DNA from: Azolla caroliniana
Lineage: Eukaryota > Plantae > Polypodiophyta
Direction: 5' to 3'
Assembly: GCA_043228905.1 (NCBI GenBank)
Contig: JBHGNT010001207.1
Span: forward strand, 1-10,975
DNA: 10,975 bases
The notes below the pieces were generated by a model. It saw only the letters and a program-made list of their open reading frames with translations. It searched no databases and was not told the origin of the DNA. Position numbers and translations under genes: made by a program. Below, piece after piece: positions 8,610 through 10,975 of this stretch. The number at the start of each line of letters is the position of its first letter. The first letter of the stretch is position 1.

Positions 8610-9430
8610 TTTTCGGCACTCCTCTTCATAGTGATCGTGTTTTCCACAATACCCGCCTTCGATCGGGTTGTTATGATTGCTTAGTCCGGCAAGATAGCTC
8701 CCCCTTCTACCGAACTCTCTGGCATTGCTCATGTCTGCTTGCCAAATTTGGTGAGATTTGCGTTCTCGGGTTGACTGACCCTATCACCCTCGGCTGAATC
8801 GACCTCTATTTCCTCAGTCGAATCCTCTTCTATCGGTTGATTGTGAGTAGAGCATCTGACCATCCGATGCATTGCTCTTTTGTCAAGCATGATTTTCTTC
8901 CACCAATAATATCGAGTGAAGGTAAAAAAAGGAAGGTGGGTTCTCCCTTGCAAAAATGGCCGATCTGATCATGTCGAATCGTGGTGCTAAGCCGTCAAGG
9001 CATATTTGCACCATTTCATCATCATCGATGATGACCTTGATCGATCCGAGGGCATCACACAACTCCTCGATCTTCGAGGTATAGGCAGTGATCAACATAT
9101 CCGTCTTTTGCATGTTGTTTAGCTCCTGTCGAAGTTGGAGCTTTCGTGCAATTGTATTGGCCGCAAAGATCTTCTTGAGATTTCCCCAAGTTTCTTTCAG
9201 CGTTTTCGAATCTCGAATATAGCCGAGCATGTGGTCATGGACGCATGATGCAAGGCAATACAACACATGGCTCGCGGCCTACTCCCACGCTAGGTAGTCA
9301 ACGTGTGTTGGGTTGGGTTGCGTTTCGTGAGCTCCCTCGATGTAGCTCCAGTAACCTTGTACTGCCAAGATGCGAAGTTTGTTCTATCGAGCTTCTCGGT
9401 GGGAAGAGTGCTTCCCATTTGGGTGTTCAT
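8610..9430 (-). pseudogene. Copia gag (UBN2/Retrotran_gag_2-like domain plus degenerate CCHC knuckle)
   Basis: ATG at 9430: MNTQMGSTLPTEKLDRTNFASWQYK / frameshift at ~9355 / GYWSYIEG...WE*AASHVLYCLASCV...WGNLKKIF...LRQELNNMQ...YTSKIEELCDALGSI. The knuckle GGYCGKHDHYEEEC has lost its first Cys. Confidence 0.92.
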
Positions 9431-9554
9431 TGTCGAACTTCTTCTACTCTTGATGCGAGCTATGCAGAAATCGTTACTACAACGATCAACCGGTTCTCTA
9501 CAAGTTTGAGCACAACACACGTAAAGGCGATGGGCTTGGATCAAGCTACCACGC

Positions 9555-9566
9555 GCTCTGATACCA
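9555..9566 (-). promoter_or_regulatory. Primer-binding site for initiator tRNA-Met
   Basis: Minus strand TGGTATCAGAGC directly follows the 5' LTR end (...TTTACA). This is the canonical plant tRNAiMet PBS. Confidence 0.97.
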
Positions 9567-10068
9567 TGTAAAGAATCGAGAGTGATTCTATGTAGCGGAA
9601 GGACTGTGTGTGTGTGTGTGTGTGTGCACAAGAGAGAATGAGAATGAGAGAGAGAGAGAGTGTGTGTGTGTGTGAGAGAAAGAAAGAAAGAAAGAAAGAT
9701 ATATTAACGTCTTCTAAGGCCAAAATTGGCCCATGAGACAAATGGTTTACAACAAAAATGGGATATTTACCCATCCATCGAAGTAAAAATAAAAATAAGA
9801 TGAAAAATAGAGTTTAAGCTAAATAGTTCTAAAAAATAACAAACATGTTTTATATAGAAACATGTTCTACTACAATGAAAATGGTGTTATATAGAAACAT
9901 GCTCTAAACAAGAAACCATATATTACATCCAATAGTAACTAAGTTACAAAAGGTTGGTTTAAATACCAACTAGTCTAGGGCAAATGCCCTTTCTACTAAT
10001 TACAAAAATGTCCTAGTAAGTTTTCCACCGACTAGTGTGAACACTATTCCTATGGGAAGTTGAGTTCG
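9567..10068 (-). repeat. 5' LTR, carrying a ~220-bp extra segment and expanded microsatellites; outer end unresolved
   Basis: Homologous to 4773-5019 except for about 9679-9901. Confidence 0.88.
9605..9697. repeat. Compound microsatellite (TG)11...(GA)7(TG)7...(GAAA)5 within the 5' LTR
   Basis: Read directly. The matching tracts in the 3' LTR (4812-4852) are much shorter. Confidence 0.95.
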
Positions 10069-10177
10069 ATCCTCAAGCACATATATGTAAGCACTTACAC
10101 AAATATAATATACATACATATTATTTACACATATACATTCAAATACACATGCATGCATGAAAATATATTGCTCAACA

Positions 10178-10209
10178 ATTAGAAGGATTATTAGAAGGAT
10201 TATTAGAAG
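10178..10209. repeat. 12-bp tandem repeat (ATTAGAAGGATT) x2.7
   Basis: Read directly from the sequence. Confidence 0.9.
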
Positions 10210-10975
10210 AATCAATGAGTCCAAATAATTTAGGTTCAACATGTCATGGACAACCATTTGGCCAACCACAATCTACACAAAAAACTTTCGTAAATAGGCC
10301 TAAGGGTGGTATATATAGAGGTATTAATCTCCATAAAGTTTGTGGTTGTCTTACTACTCTACTATCTACTATCAAGTGCACTTCCAACTAAAGCACAAGC
10401 ATCACATTCTCACATACAATATGGGGCAAACATCTTTCATTACCATAGTTCTTTGATGTGACACGGTTTAATAAAGTTTTTTAGAGTCTAAGTTGTATGT
10501 GTTGTTGCTGATGTGTTTATTTGGTTGTTTGGCCATAGGGTTCAACAAAGTATTTGGAGTCTAAGTTATATGCGTTCATGCATGTGCAACTATATGTTAT
10601 GGTGAACTTCTTTGTTGGGGTAGTGGTTTTCACTTTTCCGTTTTTATGGCTTGCCAAGTTAAAGCACACTCCATGTGTAAATGGACATAACTATCCAACA
10701 CATTAAGCTCAATGGTCAACTTAAAGAATCTGTGAATAGTATGGTTGGATACAATAATGAAATTGAAAATTAAGCAAAAAAGCTTGTGTTGTGTGGGAAG
10801 CCAATTTAAATTTACTTATTTTATTTTGCAAGCGCCCAATTGTGAAAGTGGGGGAGAATATGGTCTAAGCATACATAAGATAAGGGCACACAAACACCTC
10901 GATGACCCTCCAAATCGAAGTCTAGATAGCTATGGTTTGGATACAAAGTTGGGTATAACCAACATTATGTTTAGT

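Larger units (their letters stand above)
4773..10068 (-). mobile_element. Ty1/copia LTR retrotransposon, near full-length, inactivated
   Basis: Two direct-repeat LTR copies start TGTAAAGAATCG at 4773 and 9567. The PBS abuts the right LTR. Domain order on the minus strand is gag-PR-INT-RT-RH, which is diagnostic of copia. The right boundary is uncertain (clear match to 10068, weak to 10081). Confidence 0.97.

Noticed and set aside
5043-9571. Plus-strand ORFs inside the retrotransposon as an extra antisense gene
   Set aside because: They are short, in scattered frames and have no motifs. These are the expected shadows of the gag-pol strand.
9541-10269. Minus-strand ORFs 9541-9774 and 10000-10269
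   Set aside because: They span LTR, microsatellite and 12-bp repeat sequence. The hydrophobic runs are repeat artefacts.

Overview
AT-rich, repeat-dense land-plant nuclear DNA. The PPR motif wording (GAIDKGKQIHDE...LLEKNIVLG) and the copia protein style suggest a fern, but that is inference. The main feature is a near full-length, dead Ty1/copia LTR retrotransposon on the minus strand (about 4773-10068). It has two LTR copies, a tRNA-iMet PBS and a gag-PR-INT-RT-RNaseH region broken by 3 frameshifts and about 15 stops. It sits antisense inside the L2 motif of a 5'-truncated PLS-class PPR gene fragment (about 4284-4772), whose 3' half does not resume on the far side. The left 4 kb is a patchwork: a tandem array of tRNA-derived (A/B-box) units, local duplications, a degenerate gypsy-type gag relic and the probable end of a non-autonomous hAT-like element. 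I see no intact gene and no convincing new biological system. The most unusual signals are the tRNA-like tandem array, a run of hairpins conserved in both LTRs, and a ~220-bp segment present in only one LTR.
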